The notes: generated by a model not told the origin, from the sequence alone. Counted from the stretch's first letter, positions 25,301 through 34,074 are shown. The stretch: DNA of 34,842 bases from Planctomycetota bacterium (GCA_021780285.1 JAJXZA010000064.1:1-34842); one strand, 5' to 3'. Numbers and translations are program-made.

Positions 25301-25980
25301 CCTTTGTCCACCACAGCCTCAACGGTAAGTGGCTCACCCCGCGGCCAAAGGCGGGGAGGGTTTTTCTGCGGCCACAAAAAGGCCACATGCGTTGAACGGG
25401 GCCACGGGTTGTGGGCCAGCGGCGCCAGCCAGCGTTGAAGCGATAACCGGGCCGCCGCCGGGTTGGCCGCAACCATGCCCAACACCACCAACAAAGCCAA
25501 ACCAGCCAGAGCCAAAGCTCGCCATACAAGTCGTGCATCGGCCACACGCGAAAAATCCAACCTGGCGGCCAATGCCTCAGCCTGCGCCACCGACAACTTG
25601 GCGAGCGCATTATTCCGAGCGGCCTGGCTTTCTAAAAAGCCGACCGCAGACATCAGCTCGTCATGCGCAAGGGGGTTGGCATCTTCTACGCGGGCGGCCA
25701 AAAATGTATTGCCCAGCGGGCTTTGCAGCGGCCGAGCGATGAATCGCCATATACCGCCCGCCACGGCACCCAATACCACAAAAGCCAGCACCAACCGCAC
25801 CATGCCCGCAAAGTGCAGCCAATAGTCCAGCAGGCTTAGCACCACCGCCGCCGCCAAAAAGGCGGCCAGCACCAGCGCCATGCCATGCGTCAGCGTAAGG
25901 CGGCGCACTTTACCTCGCAGCCGGCTGATGCGCTCCAGCAAGGGTTGCCCTGTGCCTGCGGTTGTCATACCAAACTCCAT
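22396..25980 (-). CDS. large membrane protein, DUF4175-like: N-terminal TM helices, Ig-like region and about 600 aa of Ala/Gln-rich helical repeats
   Basis: Single uninterrupted ORF of about 1190-1200 aa. Candidate starts are GTG 25998, ATG 25980 and ATG 25968 (GGAG 6 nt upstream of the last). N-terminus LTHGMALVLAAFLAAAVVLSLLDYWLHF followed by further TM segments. The family call is from memory and was not searched. Confidence 0.7.
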   Translation of the reverse strand: MEFGMTTAGTGQPLLERISRLRGKVRRLTLTHGMALVLAAFLAAAVVLSLLDYWLHFAGMVRLVLAFVVLGAVAGGIWRFIARPLQSPLGNTFLAARVEDANPLAHDELMSAVGFLESQAARNNALAKLSVAQAEALAARLDFSRVADARLVWRALALAGLALLVVLGMVAANPAAARLSLQRWLAPLAHNPWPRSTHVAFLWPQKNPPRLWPRGEPLTVEAVVDKGFSPTMHVWLVSRAGDRKFSPQLMTLQHALPGGRGVFARVIQPEGRAFAIKVLAGDDLKEKYVSIKVVPRPIIIELSALVAAPSYAPNVPSREVYLQTGAVAAVAGSTLTISVTTSEPIAANKAGQPRISFISLLTGKPIAAAVTMKLIKPQQAVLTVPANHSLHLRLRVRDTDGFANRTGGLVDLRVAPDALPHVRITRPKQVVDLTPDATVNIHITAEDDLGLSGLEFVVRRFAAATSAPPLLRQRVAWANQIYDPATGSATANAVFAWPLSAMALKPGDRLTAYAQVRDNYRHDLPGGKVQRHPWVRSGYLLIDIRSKAAIEKKMRSDLAAVRHAIRMLAQQQQQLLAQTQAIEESVRHAGKITPQQRAALAQLAQQQMALAQRAAAISRAINHVQRMAGRNKLAQSPLGKLAKSVRSAMQQLAKQVMPQAGNSLSQAHEASASSSSKAMSQTAAAAAASAAQQQHALAMMQHALHKLGANSEFQRLTQEVAKLLAQQKGLAAGLHTVAQQTIGQEFSQLASGLQQQLQKLAGSQMQLSQSAIHVTGQLGDAARRFAKTNPAISKALAQAAALAQQYQVSGSMAAASQDAGKNQMLSASGNQGKALAGLEAMLRALNRESRAALRQLARQMLDLQAVIQHLIKQQLLTRGSVETQRPQAGENVLARWADPQSRLQLSTVKAAQEAGSMSQTYQASDDLTLAANNMGQATGALLADRKPDALTGQHDALTHLRAALKSLASQMHSVNNKLKEQTLAALRRRYQRIAVEQTGVQSDTLAIARRKAQRGELMRSDQLQLMTDAADQGKLIERLGAISERVKTKAPILYWINSQIASDMNAAQNLMIAAHVDEPLALAQESVLNRLHEIIAALKKEQQALQHGGGGGGGGGGGGGKQPLVPPAAQLKLLRAMQLQINADTQELYHSLKGASPAGRGPLEQAIQRVGQTQAQLQTEAQHVAHMLQQGGGQ
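22621..22659 (-). repeat. 13 consecutive Gly codons (GGY/GGG) near the C-terminus of the 1200-aa protein
   Basis: The + strand reads gccaccgccgcccccaccgccaccaccgccgccgccgcc, which translates to QH-G13-KQPL. Confidence 0.95.
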
Positions 25981-26079
25981 CGGCGGCCCATGAGGCACCG
26001 CCCCGTCCTTAAAATTTCACAGCCCTTGAGCCGCGGCCAGCTTCGCCCTGCCCCGGGCGCGGTAATTGCACCAAGCGGG

Positions 26080-28533
26080 TTAAACCAGGCCCGACCGCTT
26101 CCGCAGTATCCATTCTACCGTCAGCAGTAACACAACCAACAGCAGGGCTATGGGCTTATTCCACATTTGCCGAGCCTGCGTAAGCAGCGTTTCAACACTG
26201 CGATCGGGCACCAGGTGAGCCAGTTGCGACGCCTGCGGCAGCGGCAGCAGTTTGCCGCCGGTGCCGGCGACCAGGCGTGCCAACCCTTGCGGATCAGCCG
26301 TGGGGTTGGCAAACTCGCGATTGGGCAAAGAAGCCGTCAGATGGATGGCCGGCACCGACTTGGGCAATTCGCCCGCCGGTGCAGCAATCTTATAATCACC
26401 CGATCGCCATAAGGTAACAGTGCCTTCGTACTTACCGGCGCCCGCACCAACGCGCGAGAGCATGACCAGTTGCATAACTGCGCCGGCGGCATTGACGAGG
26501 TTCAGCCGTACCTGCTGCGGCATTTGGCTTTGCAAAATTGGGTCGCGCACCTTCAGCGATACGGTCACCGGCGAGCCAGCCTCCACATGCCGCGAGGGCA
26601 CCGTCATAGACATGGAAGATGCCTGGCCAAACGCCCGCGAGCGATCGAGCAGACGCACCATTTCCAACCAGTAGCTCTTATACAAAGGCGAGTCGTGGTA
26701 ATAGCGCCAGCGCCAGGTGTCGGCGATGGCCGAGAACATGGTGCGGCCGGCTCCGTAGCGGCCCAGCACCAGCAGCGGCATGGGACGGCCATTGATGGTG
26801 CGACTGGGCAAATCGGCCAGCACCGCAGCGCTGGCCTGCAGCCCCAGCACCGGCTGATACCAATACAGCGGCGGCAGATGGGCCACCTGCTGGAGATTGG
26901 CTTTTTCGCTGCTGAAAAACTGAAAGACCGTGCTGTTGCGGCCCGCATCGGTAAGGTGCAGTTCAAAGGGTTGATTCGGCGGCGGTTGTAACGCAGGGTT
27001 GGAAGCATCGTCCGGCACAATCGGCAGCAACTGGGCCAAAGGCGTACTGCGGTAGGCATTGGGTGCGTAATACGGCCCGGCGATCATGCCGAAGCCGCCG
27101 CCGTGATGACCTACAAAATGCAGGATTAAGTCCTGTTGTTTGGCCGAAAAATAATCGGGGTCTACATCGCCCAACAGCAGCACGTCGTAGCGATCCAGCT
27201 CTTTTTGCGTATCGGGAAAGCGATTGATCGGCAGGTTGCCTTCCTGAGCAAAGGCGTTATCCGCCGAGAGCAGCAGGCAACTTAACTGCACGGTTTTTTC
27301 GCGCAACAGATCATTTTTAAGATAGCGATATTCCCATCGCGGATAGCCATCAACGTATAAAACTTTTATCTTAGCCTGCACCACATCAGTAGATATGCCG
27401 CTGGCCGCATCGCCGCGCCGTGTAAGCTGCCCCGGCACCGGCGTGATGCCCAGCATGAACTGATAATGCCCCGGTTCGTCTGGGTGAAATACCAATTGCA
27501 CCGGCGTAACCGCCTGACTTGGCGAGAGCCGCACGCTCTTGCTGGCCAATACCGCGCCGCGGCTGCCATTGGCATTCTGCCGATACAAATGCAGCCGAAC
27601 CGTCAAGGGTTGCGTTGCGCCGCTTAATCGCACAGCAGCCCTTATGGCCACCGGGTCCTGCACAAACGCATGCCGCGGTGCCTGCACCTGCTGAAGTTGT
27701 ACATTAAAGGGTTGATGGCGTCGGCCAATTGCAACGCCAAAAATGGGTGAAGCATTGTCTCGGGCCAGCGCCTGCACGGGTGCGATAGCGCCTCCCGGCG
27801 TGGAGCGTCCATCGGTAAGCAAAATAATGCCGCCAACAGGCCGCCCCTGAAGCTGCCGAAATATTCCCGCCACAATGCCGGGCACGTCAGTGCTGCGATG
27901 CACCGGCTGCTTGTGCGAGAGGCTAGTCTCCAGGTCAGTTAGCTCTTTTACGTTGCGTGCGGTGCCCACAAGCGTCGGCGAAGAGCCACCGGTGAAGATG
28001 GCCACTTCCTGCCGCTGCACAAGTCTTTGCAGCCATTGGCCCGGCGAACCGGACAAACTCCAGCAAGCCAGTGCAAAGCGACTGGGCCGCCGCGAAAAAT
28101 CGCCCGCTTGCCGCACCGCTGCGCCCGGTGATTTCGGCCCATGCGCTGCACTGTGCATTTCTACCTGCTGTACCAACACCTGCATGGGCGAGCCGCCGGG
28201 GTACCGATCGCGCAGCGACATGGAGGCGCTCGTGTCTATCCATACCGCCACCACCGACCGCGTACGCAAGGTTTGGCTTACCACCAGCATGGGCCGGCAG
28301 AACATAAGCAGCACCATCAGCAGCACCAGGCCGCGCAGCGCCCCCATGAACCATCGGAGCTTCGGCGGCACGCTCTGTGCGCGGTAACTCCAAATGCCGA
28401 CAGCCGCAATCGCCAATAACCCCAGTGCCGCCAGCCAGGGGTGCGAAATTCCCAGCGAAAAGTGCACTGAAGTAGCGCCGCCACCGGGGGCGGTTCCGCC
28501 GCCCAATAAAAGATGGATAAGTTTGCCCATCAT
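26080..28533 (-). CDS. membrane VWA-domain protein with C-terminal GATase1-like (BatB/DUF1355-like) region and C-terminal TM helix
   Basis: Two N-terminal TM helices. Intact MIDAS in VAVWIDTSASMSL (DxSxS), then ILLTDGRST. Later blocks VLYVDGYPRWEYRYLKN and YDVLLLGDVD. C-terminal TM IALLLVVLLLTVEWIL. I chose the ATG at 28533; the track start at 28554 is a GTG. Confidence 0.75.
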   Translation of the reverse strand: MMGKLIHLLLGGGTAPGGGATSVHFSLGISHPWLAALGLLAIAAVGIWSYRAQSVPPKLRWFMGALRGLVLLMVLLMFCRPMLVVSQTLRTRSVVAVWIDTSASMSLRDRYPGGSPMQVLVQQVEMHSAAHGPKSPGAAVRQAGDFSRRPSRFALACWSLSGSPGQWLQRLVQRQEVAIFTGGSSPTLVGTARNVKELTDLETSLSHKQPVHRSTDVPGIVAGIFRQLQGRPVGGIILLTDGRSTPGGAIAPVQALARDNASPIFGVAIGRRHQPFNVQLQQVQAPRHAFVQDPVAIRAAVRLSGATQPLTVRLHLYRQNANGSRGAVLASKSVRLSPSQAVTPVQLVFHPDEPGHYQFMLGITPVPGQLTRRGDAASGISTDVVQAKIKVLYVDGYPRWEYRYLKNDLLREKTVQLSCLLLSADNAFAQEGNLPINRFPDTQKELDRYDVLLLGDVDPDYFSAKQQDLILHFVGHHGGGFGMIAGPYYAPNAYRSTPLAQLLPIVPDDASNPALQPPPNQPFELHLTDAGRNSTVFQFFSSEKANLQQVAHLPPLYWYQPVLGLQASAAVLADLPSRTINGRPMPLLVLGRYGAGRTMFSAIADTWRWRYYHDSPLYKSYWLEMVRLLDRSRAFGQASSMSMTVPSRHVEAGSPVTVSLKVRDPILQSQMPQQVRLNLVNAAGAVMQLVMLSRVGAGAGKYEGTVTLWRSGDYKIAAPAGELPKSVPAIHLTASLPNREFANPTADPQGLARLVAGTGGKLLPLPQASQLAHLVPDRSVETLLTQARQMWNKPIALLLVVLLLTVEWILRKRSGLV

Positions 28534-28615
28534 CTGTGCGTCTGTTTCCTTCACTTATAGTGCGGCAGTCGCAGCATGCTGCAGGCTGCGGCCTGCAGGC
28601 TTACCACCATAATCG

Positions 28616-30883
28616 TTACGCCGCTGCCGGCCCCGCTTTACCCGCCATCTCGGCATGGCGATAACGCGAAAAGGCCCGGGCCAACAGCGCCTCGGCCAGC
28701 AGCGCCAGCAAGGCGGCCATAAGCAAGTTATGCCCCGCATTACCCGCTGCCGCATTGCCGCTTGCCTGCGGCAACGATAGCGACTGCGGATTCTCAAGAA
28801 TGTCGGCCGGCGGCAAGCCCAGCAGCATCGCCTGCCGCCGCACTGAAACGTGCCGTATTTCGGCATCCGCAGGGTCTACATTGACGCCAACCGCGGGCAC
28901 ATCAGCACCGATGCGAGGACCATACAACCCGGCATGCCACAGCGGCCTGCTTGACCAAGCCAAACCCTGAGGCCCGGCCTGTGCCGTAATCGTCGGATTG
29001 CTGCCCGGCGGGCCGAACCAACTCACCGCCGCCACGCCCATATTGATTAGCGCCTGTGACACCGGCAGATGCAGCCGCTGCCCTACCTGCACATTGCGGT
29101 AGGCATCGGTCGGCGGTAAGGCATAATCAAGTATCTGGTAAATGAATGGGAGCCACGAAGGTTGGGCGGCAAAATCACTCCAGCGTGTGTTGGCGGTAAT
29201 GGCCCACTGCACAACCGCACCTTTGCCGATGCGTCGCAGCACCACAGCCGGGCTGCCACCTGCAAAGCGCAGCACCACAGCACTGGCGTTATCGGTTGGC
29301 ACCGCAAGCTTAATATAGTGGGTGTTGCGCACGCCGGCCAAACCTACATGCCGCCCGCCGCGCTCCGCGGCTATAAACGGCTCGGTGATGGCATTTTCGC
29401 TGCCGGCCAGGTCAAAATTAACATAGTGCTTTCCAGCACCGGAACGCGCAGAAACAACCGGCCCCATGGCCGCCGCCAGCAACCCGGTTGGAGCGACGCC
29501 CAGCGACTGCGTCCAGGAAGAACCATTGGTGCGTGGCCCCGGAAAAATCATCAGCAAGCCGCCGCCGGCCACAAACTTACGCAGCCGGGCCGCCTGGGCC
29601 GCATCGGGCGTGCGCGTATCGCTGAGCACAACCCCGGCATAATGCCTAAGTGATGCGGTGGACAGTTCCACCTCGCTGATGACACGCGGCTTGTAAATGT
29701 TGTCGTGCTCAAGCGGAGCCAAGGCTGCGGCAAGCCACGCCGTGCCCGCAAGCGTTTGCGTGGCCGAGTCGCCGGGGTCGCCATCCACCAGCAGCATGTG
29801 CACGTGCCGCACGGCTTTAACCACCAGCCGCCGCACATTATCCACCGGCAGAAAGTCCGGCGGAATATCAGCCGTAATGACATGCAGCCCTCTGGAATGA
29901 ATGCTTTGTGTAAGCAGCGCCGTTATGGCCTGACTCTCCCCAGGATTGATGCGACCAATGATTTGCTGCCCCGCTGGAACGCCATCAAGATAAAAACTTA
30001 CGGGCACATTGGCCTGCGGCTCATTCGAGGCGTTGTACACGCGGCACGAAAGCACCAGCGGCTCATTGACCAATGCCATGGGCCGCACCGTCGCCAGGTG
30101 CGTTATCGCGACATTGGATTGCCGCGCCCGGCCAACGTCCGCAACCATAACATGACAGCCCGCCGCACGAAGCCTGGCCATGTAACGGGCGAGCTGGCGG
30201 GCGGTTGCGTCGCTGTCGGCTGAGGTGTTGCTGGTCATGCCGAAATTGCAGCGGGCGCCATCCATCAGCACAACAACACGTATGTGCGAGGCCCGCCCCT
30301 GCAACTTATGAACCTGATGCAGCGCCTGGGCCAAAGCCCGCGGCAAGTCTACCGCCGCATCGGTGACGTGCTTGCTCAAAACCAAACGGCGCAGCAACGC
30401 ATGATCGAGCGTTGGCCGCGGCTCCAGCGATGCATCGTCTTGTGAAGCCGGGATAATAGCCACGCGCACATCGCCTGAAAGCCCCCCCAGCCAACCCGCC
30501 AGCAGCCGCTGCGATCGGGCAAAGTTGGAGTCTCCCCCCGGTGCGGCATAACCCATGGGGTATGCGTCATCCCATACCACAATGGCCGCCCGCCGACTTG
30601 AACCAAGCACCCGGTTAAGCAGCGTCGAACCAAAGGTGAACTGCGCCACGGCCGCCGCCAGCAGCAAAAGGGCCAGGCAACGCAGTAAAAGCAACAGCCA
30701 CCGCTGAAACTTCAGCCGACGGGCATTGCGCCGATGGGCCGCCAGCAAAAACTCCATCGCCGCCCACCGCTGAATGCGAAAGCGCCGCCGGTTAAGCAGA
30801 TGAATCACTATGGGGATGCTCAGAGCACCCGCCCCGGCAAAAAATACCCACGGCGTAACAAACGGCAAAACTCCCAGCGGCAT
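28616..30883 (-). CDS. BatA-N-terminal-domain membrane protein (aerotolerance-regulator-like) with a degenerate VWA-like region
   Basis: The ATG at 30883 gives MPLGVLPFVTPWVFFAGAGALSIPIVIHLLNRRRF, the double-TM BatA_N signature. The next block AAIVVWDDAYPMG occupies the MIDAS position but lacks DxSxS. C-terminal TM LLMAALLALLAEALLA. The track start at 30898 is a TTG. Confidence 0.75.
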   Translation of the reverse strand: MPLGVLPFVTPWVFFAGAGALSIPIVIHLLNRRRFRIQRWAAMEFLLAAHRRNARRLKFQRWLLLLLRCLALLLLAAAVAQFTFGSTLLNRVLGSSRRAAIVVWDDAYPMGYAAPGGDSNFARSQRLLAGWLGGLSGDVRVAIIPASQDDASLEPRPTLDHALLRRLVLSKHVTDAAVDLPRALAQALHQVHKLQGRASHIRVVVLMDGARCNFGMTSNTSADSDATARQLARYMARLRAAGCHVMVADVGRARQSNVAITHLATVRPMALVNEPLVLSCRVYNASNEPQANVPVSFYLDGVPAGQQIIGRINPGESQAITALLTQSIHSRGLHVITADIPPDFLPVDNVRRLVVKAVRHVHMLLVDGDPGDSATQTLAGTAWLAAALAPLEHDNIYKPRVISEVELSTASLRHYAGVVLSDTRTPDAAQAARLRKFVAGGGLLMIFPGPRTNGSSWTQSLGVAPTGLLAAAMGPVVSARSGAGKHYVNFDLAGSENAITEPFIAAERGGRHVGLAGVRNTHYIKLAVPTDNASAVVLRFAGGSPAVVLRRIGKGAVVQWAITANTRWSDFAAQPSWLPFIYQILDYALPPTDAYRNVQVGQRLHLPVSQALINMGVAAVSWFGPPGSNPTITAQAGPQGLAWSSRPLWHAGLYGPRIGADVPAVGVNVDPADAEIRHVSVRRQAMLLGLPPADILENPQSLSLPQASGNAAAGNAGHNLLMAALLALLAEALLARAFSRYRHAEMAGKAGPAAA

Positions 30884-30919
30884 GCTCGGCAGGTGCAAGT
30901 TACAACTCCATAAACCGCT

Positions 30920-31843
30920 TTACTTTATGCGCGCGGCCCGCGTGGCTAAAAAGCCCGGCAGCGAGACATCCAGAGGTTGGCTGGTGTCTATCTGCACATA
31001 GTCCACATGCAACGCATGGCATTGCTGCCGCACCGCCTCCCGGTGCTGCGCCAACTCACGCAGATACGCCTCGCGAATAGCCTGTGGTTCCACCACCACC
31101 TGGCTCGGCTCTTCCATGCCTTCAAACAGCGTGGTGGTTTCAAACGGAAACGTCAGTTCGTCGTGATCCAGCGTTTGCAGCACAATCAGGTCGTGCCGAC
31201 GGTAACGCAAATGCCGAATGCCCTTGGCAATGGCGGCGGGGTCATCAAATAAATCGCTGATAAGCACAATTAGGCTGCGGTGGCGCAATTCTTCGGCCAT
31301 TTCATCGAGCACATGGCTGATGGTGGTTTTTTTGTCGCGCGGCGTGGTCGTCAGCTCATCAATAATGGTGCGCCATTGCCGCGGGTTGTTGCTCGGCCGT
31401 ATCAGCCGCCACACCTTGGAATCAAACACCGCAAGGCCGGCGGAATCCTGCTGATGCAGCGCCACGTACGCCAGCGACGCGGCAATACTGATGGCGCAGT
31501 CAAACTTGCGCCAGTCGGGCGTGGCCCGGCCCGCATACGCCATGGATTCCGACGCGTCCACCACCAGCATTACCTGCAGGTTGGTTTCTTCCTCGTATTG
31601 CTTGATGTAGTGGCGGTCGGTGCGGCCAAATACTTTCCAGTCTATGTATTTTATGTCGTCACCGGTGGTGTAAGGCCGGTGCTGGGCAAACTCCACCGAA
31701 AAGCCCTTGTAGGGCGAGCGGTGCATGCCTGTGACAAACCCTTCCACAATCAGCCGGGCGCGCAAATCAAGCGCGCCGATCTTGGCCAATGTTTTTGGCT
31801 CAAGATATTTTCTGTAATCAACGGGTTCGGCCAGTTGCGACAT
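30920..31843 (-). CDS. DUF58 domain protein (VWA-like partner of MoxR ATPases)
   Basis: GMHRSPYKGFSVEFAQHRPYTTGDDIKYIDWKVFGRTDRHYIKQYEEET is the DUF58 hallmark. It is followed by LVVDASESM. Confidence 0.88.
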   Translation of the reverse strand: MSQLAEPVDYRKYLEPKTLAKIGALDLRARLIVEGFVTGMHRSPYKGFSVEFAQHRPYTTGDDIKYIDWKVFGRTDRHYIKQYEEETNLQVMLVVDASESMAYAGRATPDWRKFDCAISIAASLAYVALHQQDSAGLAVFDSKVWRLIRPSNNPRQWRTIIDELTTTPRDKKTTISHVLDEMAEELRHRSLIVLISDLFDDPAAIAKGIRHLRYRRHDLIVLQTLDHDELTFPFETTTLFEGMEEPSQVVVEPQAIREAYLRELAQHREAVRQQCHALHVDYVQIDTSQPLDVSLPGFLATRAARIK

Positions 31844-31873
31844 GCCGGTGAATCCTCTCCATGTGCGGGGCCA

Positions 31874-32959
31874 TTATGCCTTGGACTGCGCAAAAACCTT
31901 GGGCAGCACCGCCGCCTGCCGGGACTCGTCGCCTTCGCGCGGCGTTTGTTCTATCAGCATGCGAATGATGTCGTCAGGCCGTATGCCTTCAGCCTCGGCG
32001 TTGAAATTGGTAAGCACCCGGTGCCGCAGCGTTGGGTACGCCACCGCCTTGATGTCGTCCGTGCTTACATGATAGCGCCCCTGCAGCAGCGCGCGGGCCT
32101 TGCCGGCGAGCACAAGGTACTGCGACGCCCGCGGCCCGGCGCCCCACGAGACATAATCTTTAATGAACTTGGGGGTGTCGGGCTGATTCAGCCGCGTTTG
32201 GCGCGTAAGTTTAAGCGCGTAGCGAATGACGTAATCCGCCACCGGCACTTTGCGAACCAGTTCCTGCAGCGTGAGCACCTCCTCAGCGCTGAGTATTTGC
32301 TTGAGGTCCACCTGCCGCGGAGCGGTGGTCAGCCGCACAATGTCAAACTCTTCCTGTTCCGTCGGGTAGCTTACCAGCACGTTGAACATGAACCGATCCA
32401 ACTGTGCCTCCGGCAGAGGATAAGTGCCTTCCTGCTCGATCGGGTTTTGTGTGGCCATCACCATAAACGGTTCCGGCAGACGGCGCTGCACGCCGCCGGC
32501 GGTTACCTGATGTTCCTGCATGGCTTCGAGCAGGGCCGCCTGGGTTTTGGGCGGAGTACGATTGATTTCGTCGGCGAGAATGGCATTGGCAAAAACCGGC
32601 CCTTTAACATAACGCAACGAACGCTGGCCGGTTGATTTGTCTTCTTCAATAACCTCGGTGCCGGTGATGTCGGAAGGCATTAAATCGGGCGTAAATTGAA
32701 TGCGGTTAAACGTCAGGTTCAGCGTGCGGGCCAGTGTGGATACCAACAGCGTTTTAGCCAGCCCCGGCACGCCAACGAGCAGGCAATGTCCGCGGCAAAA
32801 CAACACAATCAGCAGTTCCTCCATAACCTGCGACTGGCCGACGATGATTTTACCCAGTTCGTGTTTAAGCCCCGCGTAGCTGTCCTGGAGCTTTTTGACG
32901 ACAACAAGCTCTTCCTGCGTGATTTCCGAAAGTGCGGAGGCAGACGGTTCCGTGGCCAT
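31874..32959 (-). CDS. MoxR-family AAA+ ATPase
   Basis: Walker A GVPGLAKT, Walker B ILADEINR, then ATQNPIEQEGTYPLPEAQLDRF. AGGAG RBS. Confidence 0.95.
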   Translation of the reverse strand: MATEPSASALSEITQEELVVVKKLQDSYAGLKHELGKIIVGQSQVMEELLIVLFCRGHCLLVGVPGLAKTLLVSTLARTLNLTFNRIQFTPDLMPSDITGTEVIEEDKSTGQRSLRYVKGPVFANAILADEINRTPPKTQAALLEAMQEHQVTAGGVQRRLPEPFMVMATQNPIEQEGTYPLPEAQLDRFMFNVLVSYPTEQEEFDIVRLTTAPRQVDLKQILSAEEVLTLQELVRKVPVADYVIRYALKLTRQTRLNQPDTPKFIKDYVSWGAGPRASQYLVLAGKARALLQGRYHVSTDDIKAVAYPTLRHRVLTNFNAEAEGIRPDDIIRMLIEQTPREGDESRQAAVLPKVFAQSKA

Positions 32960-33192
32960 GGTATTCTCCTATTGCTGAGGATACGCCCAACGCTTGCCGC
33001 TTCGGCAAGGGAGTACAAACAAGCTCCCACTTGGCAGCTTGAATAGCATACCGCATAACGTTGCCGCGGACACGAATATTTTTTGAAAACGATTGAATAT
33101 TGAAATATTACGCTGCCACGGCCCAGCGAGGAGCCGGTCTGAGTAATGGCCGGGGCCGCATTGGCTAAGCAACAGTACAGCTTGGTTGCCTA

Positions 33193-33750
33193 TTACCCGC
33201 CGAAGTAATCTGACAAAATGCGTTTGTGGCTGCTGGGCGGGTTTTCGGCAATCAGAGCCTTGTCGGTTGTCACCACAATCAGCCCGGCCATCGAGCCAGG
33301 AAAACCGTGCACGCCCGGGCGATGCGCCGGCTGTACCGAGCCATGGTAAATCTTGCTCAAAACGGCATGCACTGGACAATAATAGTAATAAAAACCGGGG
33401 AGTTTAAACGAGACTTTGTAGGTGCTGATGGTGCCGGTGGGACCGGTAGTTCCCTGGACGACCCCGGCCATGGCAGAGGTGATTTTGCCGGTAAGCGGGT
33501 TGTAGCTGTCAATCATGTGCATGCCGGTGTCTTCATTGACAAAAATCACCGGCTGGCCGGGCTTAACCGCCACAACCGATTCAACAAACGCATTGGCTCC
33601 ATCCATGTGCACAAAAACGGGGGCTGGGCCGGCTTGCCCCGGAGCCGCAACGCTCTTGGGAGCCAGCCGAACCACCAGCGTTACCAAAATTGCTATGACA
33701 ATTGCCGGCGTCACCGCCGCAAGAATTGACGAACCTTCTGATTTTGCCAT
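33193..33750 (-). CDS. membrane-anchored cupredoxin-like (plastocyanin/azurin family) protein
   Basis: The ATG at 33750 has AAAGGA 7 nt upstream. N-terminal TM AAVTPAIVIAILVTLVV. Cupredoxin pattern: VKPGQPVIFVNEDTGMHM (His), PGFYYYYCPVH (Cys, His) and GSMAGLIVV (Met). Confidence 0.7.
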   Translation of the reverse strand: MAKSEGSSILAAVTPAIVIAILVTLVVRLAPKSVAAPGQAGPAPVFVHMDGANAFVESVVAVKPGQPVIFVNEDTGMHMIDSYNPLTGKITSAMAGVVQGTTGPTGTISTYKVSFKLPGFYYYYCPVHAVLSKIYHGSVQPAHRPGVHGFPGSMAGLIVVTTDKALIAENPPSSHKRILSDYFGG

Positions 33751-34074
33751 TATGCAATCCTTTATGCTCAAGCCTGAACCAAACTCCCATGGCCAACCCG
33801 CCGGGGCTGATGAGTCAAATCACCTTTGCACTTTACCAAAGTACTACGCCGCCCGCCACCGGGTGGTTCACGTTGCGCGTGGCCGCGGTATGGCAGCTTG
33901 GCGGCATGGCTGTTCCGCCCAAGAATGCGGACGTCAAGTAAGACAGTTTAATCTTTTAGCGATGGTATATAATCTTCAATGAACGAGAGGCAGTGCGTCC
34001 CTGTCAGCGGTTAACATACTGGTCTGACATCAAATGCAATTGAGGTTACGGTGTGTACGACAAATAAAACGACC

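Noticed and set aside
23761-25395. 203-aa and 336-aa ORFs on the + strand
   Set aside because: They are antisense to the uninterrupted 1200-aa ORF. They are Arg/Gly-rich shadow frames.
31280-32635. 451-aa ORF on the + strand
   Set aside because: It is antisense to the DUF58 and MoxR genes, which carry Walker A/B and DUF58 hallmark blocks. It is a shadow ORF.
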